A stretch of DNA of 64,000 nucleotides from Convolutriloba macropyga (taxonomy: Eukaryota). A program made the position numbers and the translations under genes. Below are positions 48,701-58,682 of this stretch, in pieces (positions within the stretch are counted from its first letter, which is position 1; each line of letters begins with the position of its first letter). Location of the stretch: assembly GCF_964194025.1 (NCBI RefSeq), contig NC_134477.1, positions 11,160,001 through 11,224,000 on the forward strand, given 5' to 3'. The notes below the pieces were generated by a model that ran no database searches, was not told the DNA's origin, and saw only the letters and a list, made by a program, of their open reading frames with translations.

Positions 48701-50215
48701 AGAGAATTTCGTTCTTACCCCTTTTCCCATTAAATAAGGGTCGAATGGACATTACACCCTAATCCCTGATAATTAGAGGCAGATTAATGGTGAAACCTCG
48801 GCTTCAAAAAACATCAGATTTCAAAAAACGGTCCAGTTAAAAGCTTCAATAGGTGTAAATCAAATCTAACAGTTAGTATATAAATCATCAGACCAAGAGT
48901 TTGAACATTTTCATAGTTGCTCTCGTGTACAACGCCGTATCCAACTTTGTATTTAAAAAATAGACAAGGAATTTCTAATGTTTTTTTTTTTGGATTAAAG
49001 ACTTAGGATCGAGTTCAACAATGTTATTTGAAGCCTTCGAGCTCAGTAAGTCCTTAAGTAAAAAGTAAGTAAATTTTTAGCCAGATTTAACAATGGAATG
49101 CGCTTGGATTAAATTTGATCAAACTTATTTTTTGATTGAAGCAGATTATTTGCTTTAACTGAGTTTTAATGAAAAAATTTTCTCATATAGATACTTTAAC
49201 GATTAAAATACTAAAATACGTGCCTAAAATAATATCAATCTTTCAAGTCTAACCTGTAAAACATAGTGAATTAATGCGATCCCAAATTCTCATCATAATT
49301 GTCATATATTTGCTCAAGGAACATTAATTTCTAACCATATCCTCTGCGAACTTGAGCAACGCAACCATCGGGTCAGCGCCTGGTGACAACACAAATATAA
49401 TAGGAGCAGTGCACGAACTGTCTGCGAAAGTCTTTGCCAGATCAAACGGGGGAGGTTCCACAAATTGACGTCCTATTTTCTCCGAAACGAATTCCTGAAG
49501 AGCCGGGATTATCTTGTCTGGTCGGATGCATCGCATGATCAGCATGCGTTGGAAGCTTCCCAGTTTTTCTTGCCATTCGCCAGGAAAATTTTGGTGGTGA
49601 GGTTCCTAAAGATCAAGCAATACGTCAGAAATCAACATTTTTCCAAAGTAGAAATGAAAAAGGGCGCTATTGTTGTTTCAGAATTAGAAAAATAAAAAGT
49701 TTTTTCTATCTATCTCTATTTTTAACACAGATGTTGGGGAACTGCGATTTGAATATCGGATTCATTTTGGCGATAAAGATTATTTAGAAAAACCAAGAAC
49801 CAAATACGGAGTTATAAATAATATTTTTGGCAAAAACTCATTGCAAATGGTAAAAGATCAACGCAAACACTCACAAAATGTTCCGGTAAGTAAAAAAGAA
49901 CCAGGCCAGACTGGCTGATGCGATGAGAATTAAAAGATCAAGAATCGCTAATTGCAATCAACAACTCACTGGACTGTCGTAAACCATCTTCCAATAATCT
50001 TTCTGAGTCAAGAATTTCTTCCTCAAATCACTGAATCCAGGCAAGTCATCCAGTCTGCAAATCTCATCCCACGCTTTGGAAGGGAGCCAGGCAGTTGGGT
50101 TGGGATGGGGGTTGTCCAGACCAATTCCGCCAGTGAGGAGGAATCGCCATTCATCTTCGTCGATCTCTCCTTTGGTTCTCAGTACATTCACGCACAGCAG
50201 AAACGAGAAGAGGAG
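21512..50215 (-). CDS. DNAH7: Axonemal inner-arm dynein heavy chain (DNAH7-like), 3' partial gene; 14 exons, 2241 nt, 746 aa (AAA6 region and C-terminal domain)
   Basis: join of complement exons 49970-50215, 49336-49605, 46867-47028, 46165-46365, 45516-45677, 44963-45096, 41807-41858, 35888-36025, 30658-30773, 30248-30365, 26938-27090, 26012-26149, 22373-22516, 21512-21718. All introns are GT-AG with compatible phases. Motifs include [57 protein letters not shown] and [20 protein letters not shown]...GVALLCQL. The DNAH7 call over DNAH3/12 rests on recalled similarity of the C-terminus ([11 protein letters not shown]...). Confidence 0.93.
21823..21888 (-). other. Diverged partial duplicate of the dynein terminal exon start with its own splice acceptor ([21 protein letters not shown])
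   Basis: plus-strand 21853-21896 ctcaagttcatcacgattaatcggtttcaactggatctaaacag matches 21683-21726 ctcaagttggtcacgcttgatcggcttcaactggatctgaacag. Confidence 0.8.
22373..22516 (-). CDS. DNAH7: Dynein heavy chain exon ([28 protein letters not shown])
   Basis: acceptor attag, donor gtaag; 144 nt. Confidence 0.93.
22532..22850. mobile_element. Foldback MITE with long TIRs built from GGAAATAAACCCCCAC units
   Basis: about 80-100 bp imperfect TIRs; degenerate 8-bp TSD catcaggg/tgtcaggg. Confidence 0.8.
26012..26149 (-). CDS. DNAH7: Dynein heavy chain exon ([13 protein letters not shown]...[20 protein letters not shown])
   Basis: acceptor tttag, donor gtatgt; 138 nt. Confidence 0.93.
26184..26346 (-). 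mobile_element. MITE family 1, degenerate inverted copy c, 35 nt from a dynein exon
   Basis: reverse-complement match to copies a and b; degenerate TSD agttacgt/agttacac. Confidence 0.7.
26938..27090 (-). CDS. DNAH7: Dynein heavy chain exon ([10 protein letters not shown]...[12 protein letters not shown])
   Basis: acceptor tccag, donor gttag; 153 nt. Confidence 0.93.
28130..28497 (+). mobile_element. 5' fragment of a non-LTR retrotransposon (Ingi/Vingi or CR1/L2 type) with a 2A-like motif and the start of a zinc finger
   Basis: open frame 28204-28497 ends ...[28 protein letters not shown]; GC-rich island in an AT-rich intron. Confidence 0.62.
29564..29729 (+). mobile_element. MITE family 1, copy b
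   Basis: TIR GGATCTTTTCCGTT / AACGGAAAAGATCC; TSD gaacaaaa at 29556-29563 and 29730-29737. Confidence 0.9.
30248..30365 (-). CDS. DNAH7: Dynein heavy chain exon ([21 protein letters not shown]...IQKAIK); absent from the ORF track
   Basis: acceptor tgtag, donor gtatc; 118 nt, phase 2-0. Confidence 0.92.
30658..30773 (-). CDS. DNAH7: Dynein heavy chain exon (ARSGS...[18 protein letters not shown]); absent from the ORF track
   Basis: acceptor tttag, donor gtact; 116 nt, phase 0-2. Confidence 0.9.
32567..35726 (+). mobile_element. HINE-like element, copy 2 (in dynein intron)
   Basis: 5' subTIR TGTTCCGACCC (32567-32577); perfect complement GGGTCGGAACA (35668-35678); hairpin ATGTGCG-aa-CGCACAT (35681-35696); ends ...CTTGTT; first about 200 bp shared with copies 1 and 3. 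Confidence 0.75.
35888..36025 (-). CDS. DNAH7: Dynein heavy chain exon (YLEYIKNLP...[19 protein letters not shown])
   Basis: acceptor tttag, donor gtaaa; 138 nt. Confidence 0.92.
36452..41720 (+). mobile_element. HINE-like element, copy 3 (in dynein intron), with internal 2.2-kb tandem duplication; 3' end uncertain
   Basis: same 5' head TTGTTCCGACCCCACTTGTG..GGGGGAACTATATACTCAAATGGG; colinear with copy 1. Confidence 0.68.
36697..41196 (+). repeat. Near-identical direct duplication, 36697-38932 and 38961-41196
   Basis: offset about 2264; scattered SNPs and small indels only; twin ORFs at 36799 and 39060. Confidence 0.95.
41807..41858 (-). CDS. DNAH7: Dynein heavy chain small exon ([18 protein letters not shown])
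   Basis: acceptor ttcag, donor gtgggt; 52 nt, phase 2-0, exactly the phase bridge needed; fits the expected 'Y.fs.sg.Y..P' segment. Confidence 0.8.
44963..45096 (-). CDS. DNAH7: Dynein heavy chain exon ([29 protein letters not shown]); absent from the ORF track
   Basis: acceptor tgcag, donor gtagt; 134 nt, phase 0-2. Confidence 0.92.
45516..45677 (-). CDS. DNAH7: Dynein heavy chain exon (FGLCFFHA...[21 protein letters not shown])
   Basis: acceptor ttcag, donor gtctg; 162 nt. Confidence 0.93.
45791..45934. mobile_element. Probable related MITE (GGGTCTTTTCCATTATAGCCC left end, decayed right TIR)
   Basis: imperfect inverted ends and a G-run like family 1. Confidence 0.4.
46165..46365 (-). CDS. 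DNAH7: Dynein heavy chain exon ([14 protein letters not shown]...VKMTNEPP)
   Basis: acceptor tttag, donor gtgagt; 201 nt. Confidence 0.93.
46867..47028 (-). CDS. DNAH7: Dynein heavy chain exon (GFGG...[10 protein letters not shown]...WVVLQNCH...LEKICE); absent from the ORF track
   Basis: acceptor tttag, donor gtcagt; 162 nt, translated by hand. Confidence 0.93.
47839..48182. mobile_element. MITE with about 55-bp TIRs; its GC-rich core is repeated just upstream (47621-47725)
   Basis: GCCGACAGGGCGTTTAGC.GACAA.. / ..TTGTCGGCTAAACGCCCTGTCGGC; core TGGTGTGYGGTCGGG...CTCCACT...CCGCAACCCC occurs at 47621 and 47933. Confidence 0.7.
49336..49605 (-). CDS. DNAH7: Dynein heavy chain exon (EPHH...RCIRPDK...FVEPPPFDL...LSPGADPM)
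   Basis: acceptor tttag, donor gttag; 270 nt, phase 0-0. Confidence 0.93.
49970..50215 (-). CDS. DNAH7: Dynein heavy chain exon (LLFSFLLC...EWRFLLTGG...YDSP)
   Basis: acceptor tacag, donor gtgagt; 246 nt, phase 0-0. Confidence 0.93.
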
Positions 50216-50500
50216 CTGTAACAGAAGTAATAACATCAAGGGTTCGATTCCGGGTAGGGCTTAGGTTACTCGTATGCTTTTAAAGCATGAACCTTTTAAT
50301 TAAAAATGTGAGCTTCTTCTTTTTACCTATAAAGCTTGAAAAATTGGTTTAACAATCCATTAAAATTTTCCGCAACTTGCCCGCATTGGATTTGTACAAT
50401 TGCGCTTTTTCAAACTTTTTTGTCACGAAGTTGTGAATAAAACAAAGATAGGAATTATAATACAAAGATAATAGTGATAAAGAAGAACTGTGAATAATAA

Positions 50501-50842
50501 CTAGCAGGCCCGCAAAAGCATCACAAGAAAATTATTTAAAGGATAGATGGTTTAAAAGAATTCTGTTTCGCATGAACTCGCACTCGAACCTATGCCTCTC
50601 GTTTAACATCCATAGGTCTTACCGCTTACGCTACGGCTCCGTATTATTTTGGTCTATCGCCCTATGTACCAGCAATTTTTTTGTTCAACGACGTTTTAGA
50701 CTTTGGTATGTTGCATGCTTAAGGAGCGCTAAGACTTGTGCAGATAAAAAGCCTCTGCAAGTTTAAGGAGCGTTAAAACGTGCGAAGCCCAGGAGCGTAA
50801 ATATGCGGTGACATAGCATTCGAGTTAGAATTAATATATAGA
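50501..50842 (-). mobile_element. Non-autonomous canonical Helitron (342 bp)
   Basis: minus strand reads A|TCTATATATTAATTC...cttgtgatgcttttgcgggcctgCTAG|T: 5' TC, 3' CTAG, A|T target, no TSD, decayed subterminal hairpin. Confidence 0.78.
50569..50640 (-). other. tRNA-derived (SINE-head-like) sequence inside the small Helitron; not a functional tRNA
   Basis: ggagccgTAGCGTAAGCGGtaaga...cataGGTTCGAGTGC; A-box and B-box at tRNA-like spacing, but the stems do not close. Confidence 0.5.
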
Positions 50843-50904
50843 TCGGCAATGATAGATGCGGAGAAAGTCCGAGCTTCACAGAAACTTTTTTACATAGTAC
50901 CAGG

Positions 50905-53293
50905 TGTTGGCGCCACTTCAGATCAGCTAGAAAAGCCAACAGACAGCAAGAAATAACTTTTGAAACTGAAAAAATTTAGAATTTGTCATAGATCAAAAAT
51001 GGTCAAAAATGAAAAATTTTACAAGTTGGGACCGAAAATCTGTACACCCCCGATTTTGGGAAGGCAAAACCCGAGCAACCCGAGGTTATGGCAGACGGTT
51101 AGGGTTACCTCTAAGTTACTCATGGACCCAACGAAAGTTATTGCATCAGACCCACAAGTGTGGATATTAGCACTTAGTTTGTGCAAAATTGGCATTTTTA
51201 GATATTTTGTTATTTATTGTTAAATTTCTTAAGCTGTTTATTTTATGATACTTTAGATTATCATTAAAGGTGAAAAACCGTACATTAGAGGCATTTAGAG
51301 CCACGTAATAATCATCCGTGCTTATGTCAACAGAAGCAAATATTGCAGTAAATTGACATTTACTATGTAAACAATGACCTAAATCATTTTCTTGATTAAA
51401 CAATCAGAAACAAGTAGCGATGATGTTATAACTGATAAATATTTGATTATTTAATTTAATCCAATTGTTTGATTAGTGAAACCGTATTGTATTTAGAACC
51501 ATTAGAAACTGTTACCAAGAGCAGTTGGCTCTCAGATAGACTAAAATATGATTCTTTAACAACTTTAGTCTTTTCGCTAAGTTTTGCTAGATCTTAAGAT
51601 CTTGCGAGTTCTAAGTTAGTTGAGATTACTTAACGAGAAGTTAGCAACATTACTAACACTGGTTGAAGACTTACAAACTTCAGCACGAGACTGAACATAG
51701 ACTATCACTAAGGATTTTCTTAACTTCAATCAACAAAATTAAAGTAACAGTCCTTTTAATAGGTCCGAACGACTAATTATTTCTGCGAGATCGTTAGTCA
51801 ATCGAACCCTGTGAAGAACCAAGCCGGCGTAACACTCGAGAACCAGGCTGTGATATATCGGTTCCGCTGAGATTCTTGAGCAGCCGCAACATTTGGTCCA
51901 CCGACCCGGACACCAACAACAGCAGTGACACGAACAGCAACGAATCTTCGATTCAACCTGGTGGACCAAAACACAACCAGCAACGATGGCCAGCAAAAGT
52001 CCCTACAGACACTGGAAGACAGCTGATTGGAAGGCGAGTGGTCAACTCAAGACGTTAGAGAAAGAGCAAGCTGACCTACTCAAGTCCTTCTCCAGACACC
52101 TCAACGAGCTAGAAGGCTACCTGACAAAAAACAAAACAATGACGGCCGAAGGTGCTTATCGATGTTTCTTCGAGACGTACGACAACTTGGAAGACAACCG
52201 ACAACAGCAGAGGTTACTATTAAAACCAAAGTATTTTGAAAGCTTTGACAATGACACCAAGCGTATGTTCGAAGAAAAGAGTAAAGTTTTGCGATGGGCA
52301 GTTGACAAAGTACCAGATCTCTGAGACATTGAAGATTGTCGCGCAGTAGTCGTCGACTACCGGAAAGACACATTGCAATGGTACAAATTATTGGAAGATC
52401 CTGTTCCAATCGAGAACGAATTGTTAGAGCTAGAAAAGAAAATGAAAGCAGAAATTTTAACCGAATCCGAAAAACAGATACTGTGCGATCAGGCGGAACG
52501 GTTATTAGAAAAGCGAGATGAAATTTGCGCAGAAGCTATTCGAATATTGAAGACAGAAAGTTGTCCCCATGGGTTTGCGAATTTCAGTAAAGCTAGGAGT
52601 CACTATCAGGACCTGATCAAACAGTACAGGCTCAGCAAGGATTGTGGAAACCAAACATCGTTAGTGTCAACTACATCGACTGGTGACAAAGACCCAAACG
52701 ATGAAACTGTAATTGATACAGGAAATGGAGCAATAGAAAACGCTGAGGAGAACGCGGAGGTCTCTTCCAAGCATTCTGCTACACATGGAAGCCGAAAACA
52801 ACCCAGTATCGGCAACTCGCGATCATCAAAGAGGCGGCAGATCGAAGAAATGAAGCTCGAAAACCTGAAAGCAAAGAAAGAAACGAAGCAACGACTGCGA
52901 GAGCGCCAGTTGGAGTTAGAGCAGGAGCGTGAAGAAATAGAACTTCGTCACCAGCAAGAAGAGTTACGTTTACAACAACAACAACAAGAACAAGAGTTAC
53001 GTCTAAAGATGCAACAACAGGAAGATGAACTGCGTATTCGACAGCATGAACGAACACTTGAAAACAAAAGAAAGAAAGCAGAGGAAGAAGAAGAAGAAAG
53101 ACGTATGAAACTTAAGCTGACCAAAGGAAGCTCAAGAGCATCTGGATCAGTGGCGGATGAGATAGAAAGTGTTGGATCAAAACGAAATCACGAAAGAACA
53201 GCGGGGTGGGCAGAATCAGTGGCTCAACAGTCTGTCCCTAAACGGCCACTATCTCGAAATGTTGTTATCGACCCTCCAACGAATGTCATCTAG
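50905..53293 (+). mobile_element. 3'-truncated LTR retrotransposon, BEL/Pao-like (5' LTR, PBS, start of gag-like ORF)
   Basis: LTR end ...CAACA at 51891, followed by PBS TGGTCCACCGACCCGGA (51894-51910, tRNA-Tyr-like). LTR start uncertain (TGTTG at 50905 or TGTTA at 51510). No pol or 3' LTR seen. Confidence 0.65.
51986..53293 (+). pseudogene. Gag-like coiled-coil ORF (about 435 codons) with one in-frame TGA at 52322-52324
   Basis: ORFs 51986-52324 and 52373-53293 share a frame and the sequence between them is open; E/Q/R-rich coiled coil with Ser-rich spacers; ATG 76 nt after the PBS. Confidence 0.65.
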
Positions 53294-56200
53294 GGGGCAG
53301 GCGTGGCCCAAATCAGGAGTTGCTTCCATATCAGGCGTTTTAACTGCAAGAAGGCGTGGCCCAAGATCAGGAGTTCCCCTCTGGGTGAGTATTTGATGGC
53401 TTATTCAAGTGTGGCCGTTCTTCCTGTAGTGTCGATTCCTGTAGATGTAATTGTCTACGAAACCTCCTTCTATTCTACTGACCTTTATAGTTTGCCTAAT
53501 TTTCCCCATCACTTCAACGCAATTATCAAATACAAACCGAAGAAAAAACTCACATCAACTTCCAAATATGATACCTGTTTCAAACTTTATTGTATTTTGA
53601 TGAATGCAATTTCCGCTATACAATAGGCTCACTAATTAGGACAGACCGGATTTTTAGCATCTCAATTCGATATGCCATTGTGTGTTTTCTCCAAATTGCA
53701 CAAAATTTCGTTGTTTTTATTAATCATTTGTAGAAACGGGAACCAAAGTTTAAATCATTGCGCAGTGTAAACATTTCACCGCTGCAGTTCCATGCTTTCG
53801 TGAAATATAAAGAGAGCTTTTTTCGTTTTGATATTTAAAAAACTTGGCTTTTAAAGGAGACTACTCAGTGACGAACGCTGCAATTCCTCAGAATTTTTAT
53901 GCAAAAAATCAAAGCAACTTGCTTGAAAAACGACATTCAAATTTTAATTCAGTGTTACGTCATTTCTGTTGGAAGTAAAAATTGTTTCCTTATCATACAG
54001 TGAAAATAAGATCAGATTTTGTGAGATGTAACTGGAGGAACGAATTAGCTGGTAGGCAAACTTGTTGATGCCAAACAATGCTATTTTTAATGCAATAAAC
54101 AAAATGCACTGATGAAAAGCATTAGAGGAAATCTACGGGATCGGCACTCCAGTGATTCAGTAATTATCTTTCTTATCCAACAAATTTTAGAAAACAAACT
54201 GGAAACAGGGAGAGTAAACAGTTTTCATATTGAAGACAAAAACCGAGCTTTTAGATAAGATGGCGAATGCAATAGTGTAATTGTTCAAACTTCAATATCA
54301 GTCATTGTTCAGTTTGTTTGTAGCTGAAGGACAGAGAAGTGTTCCAAATAACACAGAAACCTCATTTAATTGTGACCCTTGAGTTTAATGTTTTTGAAGT
54401 TGAAGGAGCCCAAAGTCAAAGAAAAAAGGACAGAGAAATAAAAGTTTAGGCTTTCGAAAGTCAATCAATTTAATATTACATTGTCCCCCTAATCGATTTC
54501 AACAATACAAGCCAATTTCAAACTGAAATGATAAAAAGGTCTCTATACAGGCTGATTTTAAATAACAACCATGGGATGTGGTGTATACAAGCCAAAATGA
54601 TTGAAATAATTTTAATATTACAGATCACAATTAAAACTGGAGCAAGTTTGCGCGTTTCTTAATTAAACTTCAATATTGTTCCCCTGCTAGCTAATCACTG
54701 TAAATCACTAAATGCTTCTGATAAAATTTTCCTCTAATTCAGTTTCCTTTTTTGTTTATTAAGTGTCTCCACATACCTTTTGTGTATGTTGCTAGTTTAG
54801 ACTTCAAAAACTTAATTCCATTACATCATGCTGGTACTTAGGACGTTAAAATTATTATTAGAAAATTGTTTTTCTCATACAACAAATTTATGACAAATTC
54901 AAATTTCATAGGATGTCTGATAGCAACCGGGGCGCATACGTTCATAAAAATTTTTTTCCGTAAAATTGGTTTTAATTGGCAGAAAAGTTTTCTCTCGCCC
55001 GATTACCTTTGAAGTTGGCTCAAATCTTGTCCATCTAATATCCTAGAGAACCTCTAATGACTATCAAACACCTGAAATGTTTCAAAAACTCTTTCGACTA
55101 AAGAACAACGTTCTTCTCATTTAGGATTTTCATACTGATTACAGTCTCGTTGCCAACAAACCCGCCGGATCAACGAGAACAACATTTGAGTTAAAAAATT
55201 TTTTAAAAAAATTGTTAATGGACTAGGCAAAAACAAAGACGACAGAGCAGATACTGCACATAAATTATTTGTGAGAATGGCTGATGAGAACGATTACTTC
55301 TGGTGTCGGGTTTTCGAGATGTCTGCCAACACTGTCTGCCTACTGCGAACTCACGCTCGAAACAAATCGTTTGTAAGATTTGTTCTAAACAGACCATGAC
55401 AATTATGAAGTCTTTCTGCAATGAAAAGGATTCAACGCGAAGCTAAATCAAACGTCAATTTTTCTTGAATAGTTACATATTTTTTAAAGAAAAATTATTC
55501 AACCCTCTTGTGTCTTAAAGTTGGCATACCACTAACCGTTGGATTAAAACCAACGTCCAAGCCACAACTAAAATAGCAGGAATACCGTGCACACCTTTTT
55601 GACAAAACCGCAATTATTGTCAATTTTTTATAGTGAAAACAATCAGCCTTGGCGGAAATATTTTTACCGTATTTTGATTTAACATTCAATAACATATTCC
55701 AGTCCACATTTACTTAAAGGAAAACATTTATTCACAACTTATTTGACATTTCTGAGATCGAAAAAAGTACCTATTAATTAGAACGAAATCCTAATAATAT
55801 CTTTGTGGTATCAAACTGAGACAGGTGTAAATTAATTAGTGTTTTCGGATAGAAGCCAACTCCAGAATGTGAGTTCTGCAAGAGTTCGTGAAGACTGCTT
55901 GATATTAACCTCTCAGCCTAGAGAATAAAAGGAGTTGACCTCGTAACATGAAATCAATATGTAACTAAACTTGAAATATAGCCCAAAAAATTTGTTTTTA
56001 TAGAAACCAATTTGCACTCCAAAAAATATCATAATTGAGGCCTTATAGTAAAAATTAGTCATTTTGAGAAATAATTTTCAGACATTAATAACACTAAGGT
56101 TGGGTAACTACGAATTTGTGCTTGAGGGATACAAACAAAATTTCCAGGACAATCCTCTATACCGTTTTAATGAAAAATGTCATTACTTTTAGCTTCTTCA

Positions 56201-58573
56201 ATATTAAGCGAGCACATCTCATTCGATTTCCATTCAAACAATTTTCAAAATTCCAAATTTTAATCTCTTTGCTGTTTGCAATCTCGAGTACAATTTAAGC
56301 TGCATTCAAAAGGTCAAAAACAACTGGAATGCAAACACTGGAATGTTAAAACATAATTCAATCAGCTCTAATTAAAAAGATTTGTGGCTATTAAAATCCG
56401 TGTTCCGCCGCGGCGAAGTTAGTGTACGTGAAATGGACCTGACACCAATTTTTTATCTTCATAAAATTAAAAGGGATGACTACAGGGTCAAAAACTACAC
56501 TGTTTCCCACTTTTGAAACAAAATTTCCAGCCTTTTTTGCCGTTCCTTGATGCAACAAGATTCATGGTCAGATTCATAGCAGTTTTTTAACATTTTACCG
56601 TACTATATCTTTCTTATAGTCCTCCGCACTTTAGGTATCAGACTAATTTTTAACTATGATTATGTATTCCAGCAATTTCACCATCGCAGCGTCATGAAAA
56701 CTACGATCCTTCATTTTTGTAGTACAATAATTAAGGCAAAGTTGAGGAACCACAATCACATGTTGACTTCTCCAATTTATATTCCAAATTCCATGGGAAA
56801 AAGGGGCAAAAACCACGGAAGCATTAAACTACTGGCCTCGAGTCAGAAAATTAAGATAGCATTGAATTAGTTTCTCAAAAATCTTCCAGAAATCAACAGC
56901 CCAACGATAGGAATCACCGCTCATGTCAGCCTAAGCCCTAATAACGCACAAATTACCAGCATCGGAGGTAAACAACATAAGTTTTCTTTGGATGTTTTTA
57001 AAAACTTCTCAACTATTCTCAAACTACATAACCGATCACACATACAAAACTCAAGGTTGCATGAATTCAATGGGCCATAGACCTAATAAACCTGAACTGG
57101 TTCGCACCTCCAATGCATCAAAAATGCTTCCCACATTCTTCTGACAAGATTGAAATATACTTCACATCGGTTTCAAGTTATCGGTTTTATGGGCAACAAA
57201 CATTTGCAAGTAAAATAAGACATAATCTGTCACATTTAATTCAGAACTGAACTGAATAATCACGGACGGCGCAATTCTTTTATGGTTTAGGACCATTCAA
57301 CTCACTAACCACGCCCAAACTTAGACTTTTTTATTGACGTTTTTCATTGACTTTTCAAAGGTATTTGAATTATAATTAAAAGTGACCAAAAAAGATGATA
57401 ATTAAAGTAGAGATAAAATTAGGTTAAAAAACTGTTCCAAGACACATTAAGTCAGCCTACTTTTGCTTTTTTTCTTTTCATAGATTCATGAAGCCAAACC
57501 TTCCGTCAGTTTGTAGCAGACACTATTTTTTTAGAAAATTGACTTTCTCAAAAACTAACCCTATCCAGAGAGGAAAAAACGCAATTCGTAAACAACTCTT
57601 GCAACATTGTAGCTCATAAGTTTAAGTAAGTTTGAGTGTTTAGTTCGCGGTTAAGTATTCAAATACTCATCCTAAAGCTTTTTTCATACAGCGCCATTCT
57701 TCCACACTAAACTGAAAATTGTTTTCATTCAAGGTGAAGTTCCTTTTCTAACCAAATTATCCAATTAGTTCCCCGGAAATTGATCAATAACAATGAAAAG
57801 TAAATTTCAATTACCTCGTAGCAAAAATATGTGGGAACAATAGTTTTGGATTTCACGACAGAAACCTTAAGTTAAGGTCACTTGTGCAATCATATTTGGA
57901 ACAAAATGTGCAGATTTTCTGCTTAGTTACAGCTGATTAAAAAAACTTTGGGGTGGAAAAAATTCAAGGTTTCTTAATATAAGAGTAAATGCGGTTTTCT
58001 TTTACAATAATTACCAAGCCTCGTTGAACAAAACAAAAGTCTGATTTTCAACTTCTTAACCATTCGTAGACATTTTCGAAAAAACGGTCCGCTAATTAAT
58101 GTAAAAGAGGTCAGAATTTACAAACGAATCGCAAGTAAAAAAATTCATGAGCTGTAAATTAGTTTGGAAGCCAGCACCTACACTTCGGGAATGTTTCACG
58201 GTCAGTTTTTATGAAAAGCGGAAAAAAGAAACGCATTTTTTATTAACAGAAAGCAAAACAAAATTAATTATTATTAGTAAACAATATATCAATTCGGATT
58301 AGCAGGAACAGAACAAAAAAATTACAGAGGAGAACAGTCTTCAGAAAACAGATATTTATAAGAGAGTCACTGCCTCTAAAAGTACAGAAGTTAGCAGCAA
58401 ATGAACCTGGCATTCAAATCCTTATAAATTTACATCACAGATATCATTGACGTACTTTGACGTAACAAAGGGAAAAGATGAAAAGTTGCAAAGCAAAACA
58501 CAATCCATATCTGAATCCCCCTTACATCTGAATCCCCCCATATCATAAGAAGGAGGCGAGAAAAACATAAAAT

Positions 58574-58609
58574 AGGTAGCATTTTCTGAATAGACAGAAA
58601 ATGCTACCT
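58574..58609. other. Perfect 15-bp hairpin about 75-110 nt downstream of the RepHel stop; candidate 3' terminal stem-loop
   Basis: AGGTAGCATTTTCTG-aataga-CAGAAAATGCTACCT. Confidence 0.6.
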
Positions 58610-58682
58610 TGTTTGACAATAACGTAACGAATTGCGCAAAAATTTTATTTAGAAATGCACATAAAAGTTTGAAATGCATCAC

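Noticed and set aside
50240-50256. GGTTCGATTCC B-box
   Set aside because: Isolated; no A-box or cloverleaf
53290-53310. Minus-strand CTAG with a weak GC hairpin as a canonical Helitron 3' end, or the G-run as a polypurine tract
   Set aside because: CTAG is followed by A rather than T, the hairpin is weak and adjacent, and the following sequence does not match the 5' LTR
41715-55300. CTGATGA hammerhead cores (41721, 54109, 55281) and CTGACGG at about 47671
   Set aside because: No stem II with correctly placed GAAA
58422-58682. 86-aa ORF abutting the RepHel stop
   Set aside because: No recognisable motif; AT-rich and overlaps the hairpin, so more likely UTR or terminus
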